Origin: Leucoraja erinacea
Taxonomy: Eukaryota
Assembly (NCBI RefSeq): GCF_028641065.1
Contig: NC_073390.1
Coordinates: 13,578,001-13,642,000, forward strand
Reading direction: 5' to 3'
DNA: 64,000 bases
Shown: piece by piece, positions 39,901-52,590 of the stretch
Position numbering within the stretch: the stretch's first letter is position 1
How the letters are laid out: the number at the start of each line of letters is the position of its first letter
The notes under the pieces: model-generated
The model's database searches: none
What the model saw: the letters and a program-made list of their open reading frames with translations, nothing else
Told to the model about the DNA's origin: nothing
Program-made: the position numbers and the translations under genes

Positions 39901-42900
39901 CGTGACAATAATAAACCTAAACTTACCCAAAGAGTTCTCTTGCTGCAGCCAATATTGTAGAGGTTTTCCCTGTCCCAGGGGGTCCGTAAAAAAGCAGGTT
40001 GGGAAGCTGCAAAATAATTTTCAATTAATTTTTTTTTGTGACTAGCCACCATTGCGTTAGATTGGCCTTTTACATAGATAAATATCTGTATTCAGTCCAG
40101 GCCTGTGCCACATATGATGCCAAGTTGAATTAACGTCCTCTGCCTGCATGTGATCCATATCCTACCCCTGTATATACACGTGTTTATCTAAAAAAAGTCT
40201 TAAGCATCACTATTGTATTTGCTTGCATCATCACCTCCGGCAGCCACCGATCTCTGCGTAAAAAGCATGCCCTGCACATCTCCTTCAGATCACTGCAATT
40301 TTTGACTTAATTTACTTAAAGGTATTTAAGTACTGAATTTTGTTTCTTTTAAATGTTCTTGGTTCTTGGTTTCTTGGTCCTCCAAAATATTCCAAATGGA
40401 ATTTAAACTGGAGGTGGTGGAGGGAGGAGTGGAGGGAGAAGCCAGAAAGGGTTATTGGGAAGAAAGAGCTACTTTAAATTTAGTTGCATCTGGTTGGGTA
40501 ACTATAGTAGGGTGGAGATTATTCCATGCTTTAATTGTGCGGGGGAAGAACAAATTGCTGTACACATCTGTCTTTGTAGCTGGGATCACAAATTGGATCG
40601 AATGCCCTCGTCTGCTCCTAATTGGTTTGGGTTTGGTGTAGGTCTTGTAATCTATGTCAAGCTGACCATTTAACATTTTGTAAAAACAGGTCAAACGGTG
40701 AAACGTCTGTCTTGGAGAGGGTTCCACCCCAGAGAATTGAGAAGTTTGGTGACACTCGCTTCTCTCATAGGTGTTAGTAACAAATCGAGCTGCCTGTCTT
40801 TGGACACGTTCGATGGAAGAAATGTTTTTATTTGTGTATGGGTCCCATGCTGCAACTGCGTAGTCCAAATGAGGTCTAACGAGGGTGAAGTATAGCTTCT
40901 CCTTGACAGAAGTTGAACAATGATGAAAGTTGCGCCTCAGAAAGTTTAGGACACCTGTTGCTTTCACCGTTGCATGATGAGTCTGACCATTCCAACGCAG
41001 ATCATTCTGCAATTTGTTGCCAAGATACTTGGTTTGTTTGGATTCTTCAAGGGTGGCACCAAGTATATTGTAAGATGTTTCACGTGGATTCCTCTTTTTG
41101 GTGACACGCATGGTTTCACATTTGGAAGGGTTGAACTGCATGCCCCATTGTTGTGACCACTCAACCATAGTATCGAGATCCTTTTGGAGAGTTGATGGAT
41201 TTGACTATATGTTTAAATATTCAATATTTTATTTAGCCCCCTCACAACATTCAAACTGTTTGATAGTTTAGATAGCGGGTAGGGGGTCCATCCTTGGCAG
41301 TCGGAGGATTTTCAATGGAAAGACTTGCTCAAATCCTGTCACATAATGCTAATTATGACTCAAACCCCCTGGAACCCCCAATGACCAACCCAATGCAAGC
41401 TAAAGATCAACATAGGGCAAATGCAGATCCAGTGCTTTGCAAAAAAACAAAAGGCCATTTTTAGCATTCTATCTTGAAACGTTCATAAATTTGAGGAGAT
41501 AACACACGAGTGATACTGGCATATCACTTGATATTCCTATCTGCCAACTGGAAGATGCTGAAATACAAATGAATAGTACTCGGTAGCTTTAACCGTCACT
41601 TACGTCAGCTCCTTCAATGGTCTTCTTTAGTACAGCCACAACTTCTTCCTGAAACGCAATTTCAGCCACACACTTTGGTCGACTGTATGCCAAAGATAAG
41701 ACTTACTTTAGTGAGAGATTGTAGTCTGAACACATATACATTGCAACCCACCCTCCACCCCACCTGACAAAAAACATGTGGATGCTGAAAATCCAAAACA
41801 AAAACAAAATGCTACAAACACTTGTGTCAGAAGGAACTGCAGATGCTTGTTTACACCGTAGATAGGCACAAAATGCTGGAGTAACTCAGCAGGACAGGCA
41901 GCATCTCTGGAGGGAAGAAATGGGTGACATTTCGGGACGAGACCCTTCTTCAGACTGGTATTATCTTTGCTGGAAACACTTAGCAAATCAGATGCCTTGT
42001 CCTATTGCCTCTTCCCTCAATCATCCAGGGACCCAAACATTCTTTCACTTTGAATTTTTCCCCCAATCTAGTGACTGGATTGTGTGTTCACCTCTGAATC
42101 AGATAAATCAGACACAGGTAGGGTGATGGCTTTGTGCAACACCTTCATTCAGTCAATGAGTGATCCCGAGCTTCCTGCAGCCTGTCATTTTAACCATCTA
42201 CCCCACTCCCACTCTGACCAGTCCAGGACTTCCTGCACTGTTGCTACACAAGCTTGTGGAGCAACACCTCATCTAACGTCTTTGCAACCTTACAAGCTCA
42301 ATCTTGACTTCCACAACTACAGGCAGCTCCTTTCTTTGTCAGTAACAGAACTGGGAGAGTTTCAGAATAAAAGGACATTCTAAAGGTATGTCCTTTCCAA
42401 AGGAGGCGAGGAGGAATTTCTTTAGTCAGAGGGTGGTGAATCTGGAATTCATTGCCACAGAAGGCTGTGGAGGCCAAGCCAATGGATATATTTAGGTGGA
42501 GATTGACAGATTCTTAATTAGAAAGGGTGTCAGTGGTTATTGGAAGAACGCAGGAGAAAGGGAAAGATAGATCAGCAATGATTGAATGGCAGAGAAGACT
42601 TGATGAGCCGAATGGCCTCATTTTGCTCCTTGAACTTGTGAAATGGCCACCCGCTTCATTCATTCAACTGGTGTCTCCAGACTTGTTTAATTCTAAAACA
42701 TCCTATCCTCTTTCCCATCTCTGAGATTTTAACTGATTCTCTTTCCACAAAGCCTGTTCAACTGCCAAGCTGATCCTGTATGCTCTGTTTTGTTTAATCT
42801 ATAAACTGTAGCTGTCTTGACACAATGAAAATTAAATCAGTAGGCCAGCAGTCAGGAATTTGCAAATATCAAAAGGCTGTTGTGTGCCCAGCCTTTATTT

Positions 42901-45646
42901 CATACTCGTTAAGTCTGTAGAGGCTTTCTTGTTGCACGTTATTGAGTTTTGTAATGCTGCCTGCAGAAATTAGCAACATTTAAATCCCTTACATGGAAGG
43001 GTAGGAGTGGGTACAGAAAGAAAGAAGTTTTGGAGTTATTGTGGGGAGTTAATAATTGGAAAGCCAACATTTATTTTTAAAGTGTCGCAATTCCTTATTT
43101 GTTTTTCCAGTCACTGGCTTCAGATAAGATTTCAATATTATGATTTTCAGAATATATCATTTTGACGTGGATTAGCCCTCAAGGAATTTTCCTCATACAG
43201 CGTGACAACACTCCTATTTACACAGCTATAAACATTTTTACTGTAAATCAATGGTAAATATTACAAAACAATACCTATATTCCTGGTCTTCCACAAAGCA
43301 AGTTCTTAGCAAGCCCTTCAGCCCATCAAGTCCACACTGACCATCAATCACCCATTAACACTAGTCCTATGTTATCCCACTTTCTCATCTATTCCCTACT
43401 CATTAGGAGCATCTCTTATTTCGCTTGGGCAACTTACTACCCAGCGGTATGAGTATTGATTTCCCTCATTTCAAGTAAACCTTCCATTCCCTCTTTCTCT
43501 CTCCATGCCTAATGTAGAATGTAGAAAACTAGAAATTCATTAAGAATTCTGCCTGGAAAGCTTCCACAACTTGTTGAATGTTGTCGCTAACTTTCCCTCC
43601 AGACAATGAAAAGTTAGCATTAGACACTCATCACCCTTGTGCTTGACCTACAGTGGCTACCAATCGATTAATGATACAACTTTATAATTTGCACCTTACT
43701 TTCAAATCACATCACAATGTATTTAAGAGAGAGTTAGATATAGATCTTAGGGCTAACAGAATCAAGGGACATGGGGAGAAAGCAGGAATGGGGTACTGAT
43801 TTTGGTTGATCACCCATGATCATAGTGAATAGCAGTGCTGGCTCGAATGACCCAAAGGCCTACTCCTGCACATATTTTCTATGTTTTCTTACCCCTCGCA
43901 GAGTCACAAAGCAGAAACAGGACTTTGGTTCACCATGTCCATGTCAACAATTGTACTGATTACTACTAAAACCTATTTACCTGTGTCTGTCCATAGCCAC
44001 CTATGCCGTGGCGATTCAGTGCTCATCCAAGAGAATATCAAGAGAACTGGCACCCGCTACCTCCTTGCGCATTCTTTCTGTAATTTTCTCTATCTCTAGG
44101 ATGTCTGTGGTGCTTAATTCCAACCTCTTCCTCATCTCCTGTCTCGACTACTCCAACTCTAGAAATCAAACAACCCACTCCACCCACCAAACCTACAACT
44201 TTGACCATCCTTTTAATCATCAGTGCTAATATTTCACTCATAGCACTCCGATGAAACACATTGGGATGTTCCTGCTACATATCATACACCGTGGAATCAA
44301 CATCAAGGGCTCGCAGTCTCGGGAGAGGCTCGTCGGGAGCTCCAACGTCACGGAGGGTTCAACCAGCCCCGACACGAGGTTTGATCGCCTGGCGGAGCTG
44401 ATATCCCCCCCCCAATGCAGGAGCTTGATCGCCTCGACATGGAGGGCCAGAACGCCGCCGGCTACGGGAGTCAAGATAGTCCAAGGAATAACTAAGGGAG
44501 GACTTGAACTTTATTTTGCCTTCCATCACAGTGAGGAATGTGTTGGAGTCACTGTGGTGGATGTTCATGTTAAAATGTGTTTTTGAAGCGATCTGTTACT
44601 TTTAATTATATGACTGACCTGGCCAATGAAATTCCTCGTATGTTGCAAAACATACTTGGCGAATAAAGTGTGATTCTGATAAAGTCTGACGATAGATACA
44701 AAATGGTTGAGTAACTCAGCGGGTCATGCAATATCTCTAGAGAAAAGGAATAGGCGTCGTTTTGGGTTGAAACATAGAAAATAGGTGCAGGGGTAGGCCA
44801 TTCGGCCTTTCGAGCCTGCACCCATTCAATATGATCAAACCCTTCGTCAGACCCCTCAAACCATAAAGTCAGAAGTAAGCTCCTGACCCAAAACACCTGC
44901 CTTAGTTTAGTTGAGAAATACATCATGGACACGGGCCCTTTGGCCCAGGCCGACAATCGATCACCTGTTAACTGTTCAACCTGAAACGTCACCCATTCCT
45001 GATCTCCAGAGATGCTGCCTGTCCAGCTGAGTTACTCCAGCTATTTGTGCTTATCTTCGGTTTAAACCAGCATCTGCAGTTCCTTCTTACACACTAGTTC
45101 TATTATCCCATTTCTGCATCCACTCCTTACACACTAGGGGTAACTTCCAGCGACCAATTAAACTACAAATCCTCACATCTCTGGGATGTGTGAGGAAACC
45201 AGAGCACCTGGAGGAAACTCACGAGGTCAAAGAGAGAACGCACAAACTCCACACAGACAGCACTCAAGGACAGGATCAATCTGGGGTCTCTGCTGTAAGG
45301 CAGCAGCTGCGCCACTATGCTGCCTATCAGTGTCCTCCAGAGATGCTGCCTGACCCACTGACTTATTCCAGAAATGTATGTTCTAAGCCAGATTTCAGCA
45401 TTTGCAGTTCCTTGTGTCTGGGTCATCATAAAGTCTTTACTTTTATTATGATGTACAATTGTGAGGGAAGGAACACTCATTGCTACGTGCAGACTACTTA
45501 AAACAGCATCTGGAATCAGTTTCTTACTATTTTTCCACCCAGGGAATAGGTTTTTGCTTCTTGTTCTCGCCACTAGTTCCTGGTGCGGTTTTTTCTCTTG
45601 TTGCTTTCGTGCCGATAGCACCAGCTCCTTTTAGAAAGGCTTGCAT
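24952..45646 (-). CDS. RFC4: Replication factor C subunit 4, complete; exons 45646-45528, 41682-41604, 40006-39927, 33715-33596, 30829-30686, 30220-30100, 29710-29585, 27050-26970, 25776-25660, 25047-24952
   Basis: Exons sum to 1083 nt (360 aa + TAA), all GT-AG. Motifs MQAFLKG, PWVEKYRP, Walker [25 protein letters not shown], Walker [14 protein letters not shown] ([11 protein letters not shown]), [10 protein letters not shown]-terminal [15 protein letters not shown]. Confidence 0.96.
28619..29191. mobile_element. hAT (Charlie-like) non-autonomous element inserted in a Penelope fragment
   Basis: Ends CAGGGATCGGC... and ...AGGTTGCCAACCCCTG; degenerate 8-bp TSD AAGTAAAC/ATGTAAGC with central TA. 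Confidence 0.6.
32316..33011. mobile_element. PIF/Harbinger-type MITE
   Basis: TIRs TGGGCCTGTCC(T/C)ACTTAGGC at both ends; TAA/TTA flanks. Confidence 0.75.
32378..32698 (-). mobile_element. tRNA-derived SINE with L2-like tail nested in the Harbinger MITE
   Basis: B-box GGTTCGAATCC on minus strand, conserved-domain motif GTGTCCTTGGGCAAGACAC, tail ...AAAGGCGCTATATAAAT..(ATT)n; 11-bp TSD GTCGCTTGTAT at 32367-32377 and 32699-32709. Confidence 0.85.
34170..35550 (-). mobile_element. CR1 (HER1-like) LINE RT fragment
   Basis: [48 protein letters not shown]; interrupted by a ~90-bp insert at 34441-34531. Confidence 0.88.
35788..37402 (-). mobile_element. Full-length Tc1 DNA transposon (IR/DR-type long TIRs, DD34E) in an RFC4 intron
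   Basis: TA duplication 35786-35787/37403-37404; ~213-bp TIRs starting CAGTGGCT(C/T)GCAAAAG with an inner GCAAAAGTATTCAGCCCCC repeat; transposase on minus strand. Confidence 0.96.
36006..37023 (-). pseudogene. Tc1 transposase with a single frameshift near the C-terminus
   Basis: Paired-like HTH and [35 protein letters not shown] (D to E spacing 34). The C-terminal LKIAVHRR...AKGGSTKY is in another frame after ~36178. Confidence 0.92.
40350..41195 (-). mobile_element. CR1-superfamily LINE 3' fragment (ORF 40452-41168)
   Basis: [61 protein letters not shown]; CAAGAAC-repeat tail. Confidence 0.82.
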
Positions 45647-45949
45647 CTTTCACCTTGAAACAAAGAGAATTAAATGTCTTTCTTTTTTAGAGTAATTCAA
45701 AGACATAAAAGCAACTACACCGAAAATGACGGCTGCCAAATCCATACACGAAAAAAACTGATCTCAATTGTATTTGCCACATTAAAAATAAGATTTAAAT
45801 AAAGATTAATGAACCTTCAGCACTCTTCAAACAAAAGCACGGAATTGCAAAAAAACAAACTACTGAATGAATTCAGCGGGTCAGGCAGCGTGTGTGGAGG
45901 GGAATCAACATTGTTGTTATTTCCTGACCCCATGAACATCTCAGCTCAG

Positions 45950-46240
45950 TGCTCCTCCTCTCCCTCCCTCCCCGCATCTGTGGACCCCAGCAACTACACG
46001 CGGCGCCTCCCCCAGTAACTTCACCTCTGTCCCTTCCACCAAAGATGCTGCAGCTCGCTCTAGGATCTGTCGCTTCCACCAGCAGCACCTGCTCCCGCCA
46101 ACAGCCTCAAGCCGCGGCGAGCACTTCCCTTTCCGTGCGGTGTCCCCGGCAGAGGTGTCCGGGCAGATACAGGGTGTCCGGGCAGACATAGTGAGCTGGA
46201 CGGGGCGACTCCCCTCTCGGTGGTTTTGCCCGCTCTATAA
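45950..46240 (-). promoter_or_regulatory. RFC4 CpG promoter and probable non-coding exon 1
   Basis: CpG-rich; E2F-type TTGGCGGGAG on minus strand 46101-46092; candidate donor GAG|GTGAAG at 46025/46024; acceptor of the first coding exon at 45654-45655. Confidence 0.6.
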
Positions 46241-46299
46241 TCTCTATAATCATCTGGCCACCTTAAGAAGTCACAATGTGTAAGGAGGAACGGCAGAAG

Positions 46300-46327
46300 C
46301 AAAGATCCTATAGCTATAGGATCTTTG
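46300..46327. mobile_element. Second 28-bp palindromic remnant of the same family with 8-bp TSD (7/8 match)
   Basis: GGCAGAAG-[CAAAGATCCTATAGCTATAGGATCTTTG]-GGCAGAAA; perfect palindrome. Confidence 0.75.
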
Positions 46328-46420
46328 GGCAGAAACTCGTTTACACTGAAGATAGACACCAAATGCTGGAGTAACTCAGCGGGTCAGGCAGCATCTCCGG
46401 AGAAAGGGAGAGGTGAGACC

Positions 46421-47293
46421 CTTCAGACTGAGAGTCTGGGGAGAGGGAAACAATAGATATAGACGGCGCTGTAGAGAGAGAGAGAGAGAACAAATAAATG
46501 AAATATATGCAAAGATCGAGTTATAGACGATGAGACCCAACATACGACTTGGGTGGGGTGCACCAGCTGTCAGACACCTCCTCTTACTTATCCTTGGACC
46601 ATGAGCAGATGAGCACCGTGCCACAATCACACAGACCATTTGTGATTTTATCAATTCCAGCTGTCTGCCCTCCACAGCCTCCAACCTTAACGTCCCCACG
46701 CAAGGAGCAAAATTAAGCCTTTTGCCCATTACCAGAATCAAATTTTATTCTTGACAAGAAGTTTGAACTGACAGATTTATGAATCTGACCCACACAAACT
46801 GTTGCCCCGCAACATTGATTACAGTGCGAGTCGGGTCGGGTCAGGTAGGCTCAGGTTGCTAAAATGGGCGTGGAAAAATGCCCATGATCCCCTCCATAGC
46901 GTACTACACGTCAGTCCATTGCATTTAGCAGGAGTAGCCTATCTTGCTTCGCTATAAGATCTTTGCTTCAGACTGAGTCTGGGGAGAGGGAAACAATAGA
47001 TATAGACGGCGCTGTAGAGAGAGAGAGAGAGAGAGAGAACAAATGAATGAAATATATGCAAAAAAACTAACGACGATAAAGGAAACGGGCCATTGTTACT
47101 TGTGTGTTAGGTGAGATCGAGTTATAGACGATGAGACTCAACATACGACTTGGGTGGGGTGCACCAGCTGTCAGACACCTCCTCTTACTTATCCTTGGAC
47201 CATGAGCAGATGAGCACCGTGCCACAATCACACAGACCATTTGTGATTTTATCAATTCCAGCTGTCTGCCCTCCACAGCCTCCAACCTTAACG
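46421..47293 (+). repeat. Local duplication: 46421-46693 and 46966-47293
   Basis: Near-identical copies (duplicate ORFs 46376-46741 and 47067-47345); the second copy has an extra ~50 bp. Confidence 0.9.
46694..46965. mobile_element. Terminal fragment of the same CAAAGATCTTATAGC-ended transposon family
   Basis: Ends in GCTATAAGATCTTTG (46951-46965), identical to the palindrome half-site; sits between two copies of a duplicated segment. Confidence 0.65.
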
Positions 47294-47479
47294 TTGCCCA
47301 GCCCCGGACGCACAGTTTTACCTTCTCCCCAAAATCCATGAACACAACTGCTCTGCCAGACCCATTGTTTCTGCCTGCTCCTGTCCCACTAAATTAATTT
47401 CCACTTACTCGACTCCATCTTATCACCCTTGGTCTAATCTCTCCCAACCTATATCCAAGATACCGCACACTCCATTGAT

Positions 47480-48152
47480 TCTTTAATGATTTCCACTTTC
47501 CAAGCTCCCACTCCCCCATCTTTACTATGCACCTTCAGTCACTACACCTCCATCCCCCACCATAAAGGCCTTAAAGCCCTCCGTTTCTTCCTCAACTGCA
47601 GAACCAGCCAATTTTCCTCTACAAACATCCTCCTCCGCTCAGTAGAGCTGGTCTTTACTCTTACCAACTTCTCCCCTGTTCACATCTTCCCAAGTCCACC
47701 CCTTTCCGCCTTCCGCAAAGATTGTCCCTCCGCAACTCCCTGGTTAACTCATCCCTTCCCACCCAAACTACACCCTCCCCAGATACTTTCCCCTGCAACC
47801 ACAGGAGATGCAACACCTGTCGCTATACCTCTACCCTCGACACTGTCTAGTGAACCTGACAATCCATTCAGGTTACGCAGAGGTTCACTTGCACCTCCTC
47901 CAACTTTATCTACTGTATCCGTTGTTCAAGCTGTGGACCCTTACACATCGGCGAGACCAAAAGTAGACTGGGCGATCGTTTCGCAGAACACCTTCGCTCA
48001 GTTCGCCTGAACCTACCTGATCTCCTGGTTGCCGAACACTTTAATTCCCCTTCCCATTCCCACACTGACTTTTCTGTCCTAGGCCTCCTCCATTGTCGGA
48101 GTGAGGCAACATGCAAATTGGAGAATCAGCATCTCATATTTCGCTTGGGTAG
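47480..48152 (+). mobile_element. Penelope-like element fragment (RT remnant plus GIY-YIG)
   Basis: YTSIPHHKGLKALRFFL..ELVFTLTNF; FTCTSSNFIYCIRCSSC..HIGETKSRLGDRFAEHLRSVR..VAEHFN. Confidence 0.8.
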
Positions 48153-49233
48153 CGATCATAGATCATCCCATTCCAACGAGTCTCGATTGCTTGTGCGATA
48201 CTTCTCCAAAATCTTGTTTTATTGACATATGTTCTAGATAAAACAATGAAATTCTTACTTGCAGCAGCACAACAGAATATGTAAACATAGTACTCTATAA
48301 ACAATTAAATATATGACAACAAAATTAAATTGTGTATATAAATATACACATTTATTTATATATCTCACTGTACAACCACCATCTGGATGGAAATGTTAAA
48401 CTTATGGCCTCTAGTTTTAAGATTCCCCTACTCTGGGACTAGAATCTGTTATCATTCACCGTATCTGTGGTCATGATTTCATAAACTTCTGTAAAGTCAC
48501 CTCTTCGCCTCCTACACTTCAGTTCTCTGTGTAACTCAAGACATCTAGTCGTTTTTTTTTACACAGTTGAGGATTATTTTGGTTTAGAGATACAGCGCGG
48601 CAAAAAGGGCCTGCGGCCCACTGAGTCCACACCGACTAGCGATCCCCACACATGAACACTATCCTACACACACTGGGGACAATTTTACATTTATACCTAA
48701 CCGATTAACGTACACTCTTACACGTCTTTGGAATGTGTCACTGAAGATCACGGTGAAAACCCACACGGGTCTCGGGGAGAATGTACAAACTCTGTACAGA
48801 CAGCACCCATAGTCAGGATCGAACCCAGGTCTCCAGCGCTGTAAGGCATCAATTCTACTGCTCGGCCACCGTGCCACCCTGGCGTACAAAAATAACTTTT
48901 ATACACACTTTCTAGCTTAATAACATCCTTCTTATAGCTAGGCGACTAGAACTGCACACAATATTCCAAATGTGTATTGTATCCAAATGTATCCAAATCT
49001 CCCCAACTCTTGTAATTTAAGCCCTGGCTGATGAAGACAAAGTGCTAGACACCTTCTTCACCACCCTGCCTACTTGTGTCACCATTATCAGGGAACAAGG
49101 CAATTGTATCCCTAGGCCTCCCTGTTCTACAACATTCTCCAGGACACTGCCATTTATTGTGCAAGTTCTTCCCTTGTTTAAATGATCAAAATACAACACT
49201 TTGTATTTTATAATACAACTACAATATAGCTAC

Positions 49234-49916
49234 GAAGATAAACACAAAAAGTTGGAGTAACTAAGCTAAACGAGAATGGAAAGAAGAATTAAAGTGATCT
49301 CCTGGTTGCCAAACACTTTAATTCTCCATCCCATTCCCACTGACCTCTTTGTCCTAGGTCTCTTCCATTGTCAGAGTGAGGCTAAACGCAAATTGGAGGA
49401 ACAGCACCTCATATTTCACTCAGGCAGTTTACAGCCCAGTGGTATGAATATTGATTTCTCTAACTTCAAGTTATCCCAGCATTCCCTCTCCATCCCTCCC
49501 CCACCCAAGTCGCAGCAGCTTCTCTTTTTCACCCAACAATGGCCTGTTTCCTTTATCGTAACTTTTTTGCATATCTTTCATTCGTTGTTCTATACCTCTC
49601 TACATCATTGTCTATATCTCTCATTTCCCTTTCCTGTGACTTTCAGTCTGAAGAAGCGTCTCGATCCGAAACGTCACCCATTCCTTCTCTCCAGAGATGC
49701 TGTCTGTCCCGCTGAGCCACACCAGTTTTTGAAGTGAAGCCGTGTCCCAATGTTTGGGACACATGGCTTCACATGCATTTATAATTGCTTAGGTGTGTTT
49801 AATCGCCTCCTTAATGCAGGTATAAGAGAGCTCTCTGCACCTAGTCTTTCCTCCACTCTTTCCATCACCTTTGGAAACTTTTTGTGTCTATATTCGGAAT
49901 CTGCAGTTCCTTCCTA
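49234..49916 (+). mobile_element. Penelope-like 3' end/pLTR composite with 14-bp flanking direct repeat
   Basis: CQSEAKRKLEEQHLIFHSGSLQPSGMNIDFSNFK, then the pLTR repeat with CTGAAGA..GAAACGTC; TACAATATAGCTAC at 49220-49233 and 49917-49930. Confidence 0.72.
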
Positions 49917-51074
49917 TACAATATAGCTACAATTGATGCAGCATTAATTCTTGCTCACACTGAAAATACCTGTTCCACCACTTTGTCAGTTACTTTGAGA
50001 TTGCTATGCAATGCTACAATGTTTTAAGTAGAAGGAAGAACTGCAGATGGTGCTGAGTTACTCCAATATTTTGTGGCTACAATGTTTTACATGTCCTCTC
50101 CGTTATTTAAACACAATCAAAAGCAGAGATGTACAAAAATAATTACAAGTAGCTTGCCAGACATTTACAAATTGTCAAGTTACATTACACATAAATTATC
50201 TGAAGCTTTTCAGTATTTAATACTTTTCAAGGTGTAAGGCAGTAGCCACTTTTCCACAGAAATTCAAGAGAATCCAGATTTATATTTGTATTCACAACAG
50301 CATAATCACATAACATGAATGAAAATTAAAATTAGTAACCAAATTGGCAGTGTTTCACAATTTATCTCTTCCTCCATCATCAACGTTACATATCAATTCC
50401 GCTACACCATTAACATTCCCCTTCAAAAGTGAATAGGATTTCAGAGGGATGCATGTCAAATTACAACCAAGCTCTGTATTGCATGAGGTTTTACATAATA
50501 CTTCCATGGGTTTGTGAATTAAAGGGAGACTTATTTTTCTCCAAACTGGATAGAAAAAATATTCGCATTTGGGAACAAAAAACTATTCCAGCAGTTTCAA
50601 TCTAGCAAGTTCAAATCACAACTGTCAGGTTAATCAGCTGCTATCTACAAGATAAAATCCCAGCTGAATTCGGTATAGTACTCAAAAGTGTACTATATTG
50701 AAATTGAAATTTTCTGTAATTTTGGCAAGGCCAGATTCTGAACAGAATTTTTTAGCTCAAATAAAATGTTACATTATCAAGGCATATAAACATATTCCAG
50801 TCTTCTTTGAAGCTTCCATTTACTATCATGTCAGATTTTGAACCACATTTCAATTCAAGCTGATACTTTCACAAAGAGTTTTAATATATTCAATCCCATT
50901 CAGACAAGCACGGTCTGGGCTTAAACTGGCTTAGAATTTTCTAAAAGTACTTTTTTCTAAATTTTCTAAAATTGTTACTCTGAAATTTTTTACTGGAGAA
51001 CAAAAACAACTCGTTGAATGTTTTGATGAACTGTTATCCCTTCCCATTTAATAGGACCAGTTCCATGATGATTT

Positions 51075-52590
51075 TCTACTTGAATTTAATTTAATTGAAT
51101 AAATTTTATTAGCCAAGTATGTATACATACAAGGAATTTGCCTTGGTGCTTTGCTCGCAAGTAACAACATGATATACAGTAAACAATTAAGAATAAAACA
51201 TTTATAATTTAAACATGTAAAGAATGAGATAAAATACCAGAGCAAAAGGAGGCTACAGACCTTTGGTTGTTGAGTAGAGCTACTGCTCATGGAAATAAAC
51301 TGTTTTTCTGTCTGGCTGTGGTGGTTCTGATAGTCCGGAGTCATCTTCCAGAGGGAAGTGCTTCAAAGAGTTTGTGGCCAGGGTGAGAGGGGTCAGAGAT
51401 GATCTTACCCGCTCTCTTCCTGGCCCTTGCAGTGTACAGTTTCGTCGATGGGGGGACGGTTGCAGCCAACAACCTTTTCGGTTGATCGGACGATGTGCTG
51501 CAGCCTCCGGATGTCGTGCTTGGAGGCTGAGCCAAACTAGACCATGATGGAGAAGGTGAGGACAGATTCTATGATGGCAGTATACACTGGATCATCATTG
51601 CCTGTGGCAGATTATGTTTTCCCAGCTGCCGCAGGAAGTACATCGTCTGTTGGGCCTTTTTGACTGTGGAGTCAATGGTGGCCTCCCATTTAAGGTCCCT
51701 AGAGATGATGGTTCCAAGGAACTTAAATGACTCCACAGATGTGACTGTGGTGTTGTTGATTGGTGAGTGGGGTGAGGGGAGGGGGAGCTCTCCTAAAGTC
51801 TACAATCAATTCCACCGTCCTAAGAGCATTGAGCTCCAGGTTGTTGCGATGGCACCAGGACGCCAGCTGTGTCACTTTCTGTCTGTAGGCAGATTCTTCC
51901 CCATCCTGGATCAGTCCAATCATTGTATCGTCCGCAAACTTGAGAAGCTTGACAGAGAGTCTGTGGAGGTGCAGTCATTGGTGTAGAGAGTAAAGGAGAG
52001 GGGACAGCCTACAGAGGAGTACACAGCCTTGCGGTGCTCCTATGCTGAGGGTCAGCGGGTCTGAGATGTGCTTTCCCAGCCTCACATGCTGCTTCCTGTC
52101 TGTCGGGAAGTTAGTGATCCACTGACAGGGGTTCAGGCACAGTCAACTGGGAGAATTTGGAGTGTAGTAGCTCTGGCACAATGGCGTTGAAGGCAGAGCT
52201 AAAATCAACAAAAAAAATCCTTGCATAGGTACCCTGGCGGTCTAGGTGCTGGAGGATGAAGTGCAGGCCTAAGTTGACTTGGGTATGCAAACTGCAGGGG
52301 GTTTATGATATTTTTCAGGTGGGCCAGCACGTCTTTCAAGGGCCTTCATGATTACAGAGGTCAGTGCGACAGACCTGTAGTCATTAAGACCAGTAATCCT
52401 TGGCTTTTTGGGTACAGGAACAATAGTGGAGACTTTGTGCAGGCAGGGGCAGTGCAGGTTTGCAGGGACTGGTTGAAAATGTCTGTGTAGACTGGTGCTA
52501 ATTGTTCAGCACAGAGCTTGTGGGTAGAGGGGAAAACATTGTTCAGTCCTGGAGATTTCTGGCTTTTCTGTCTCCTGAATAGTTTCTCCA
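51075..52590 (-). mobile_element. Degenerate Rex1-type LINE
   Basis: Fragments [72 protein letters not shown], broken by frameshifts. Confidence 0.8.

Noticed and set aside
49219-49233. CTACAATATAGCT resembles a segment of human SNORA63
   Set aside because: It is the direct repeat flanking a Penelope insert, intergenic, with no H/ACA structure.
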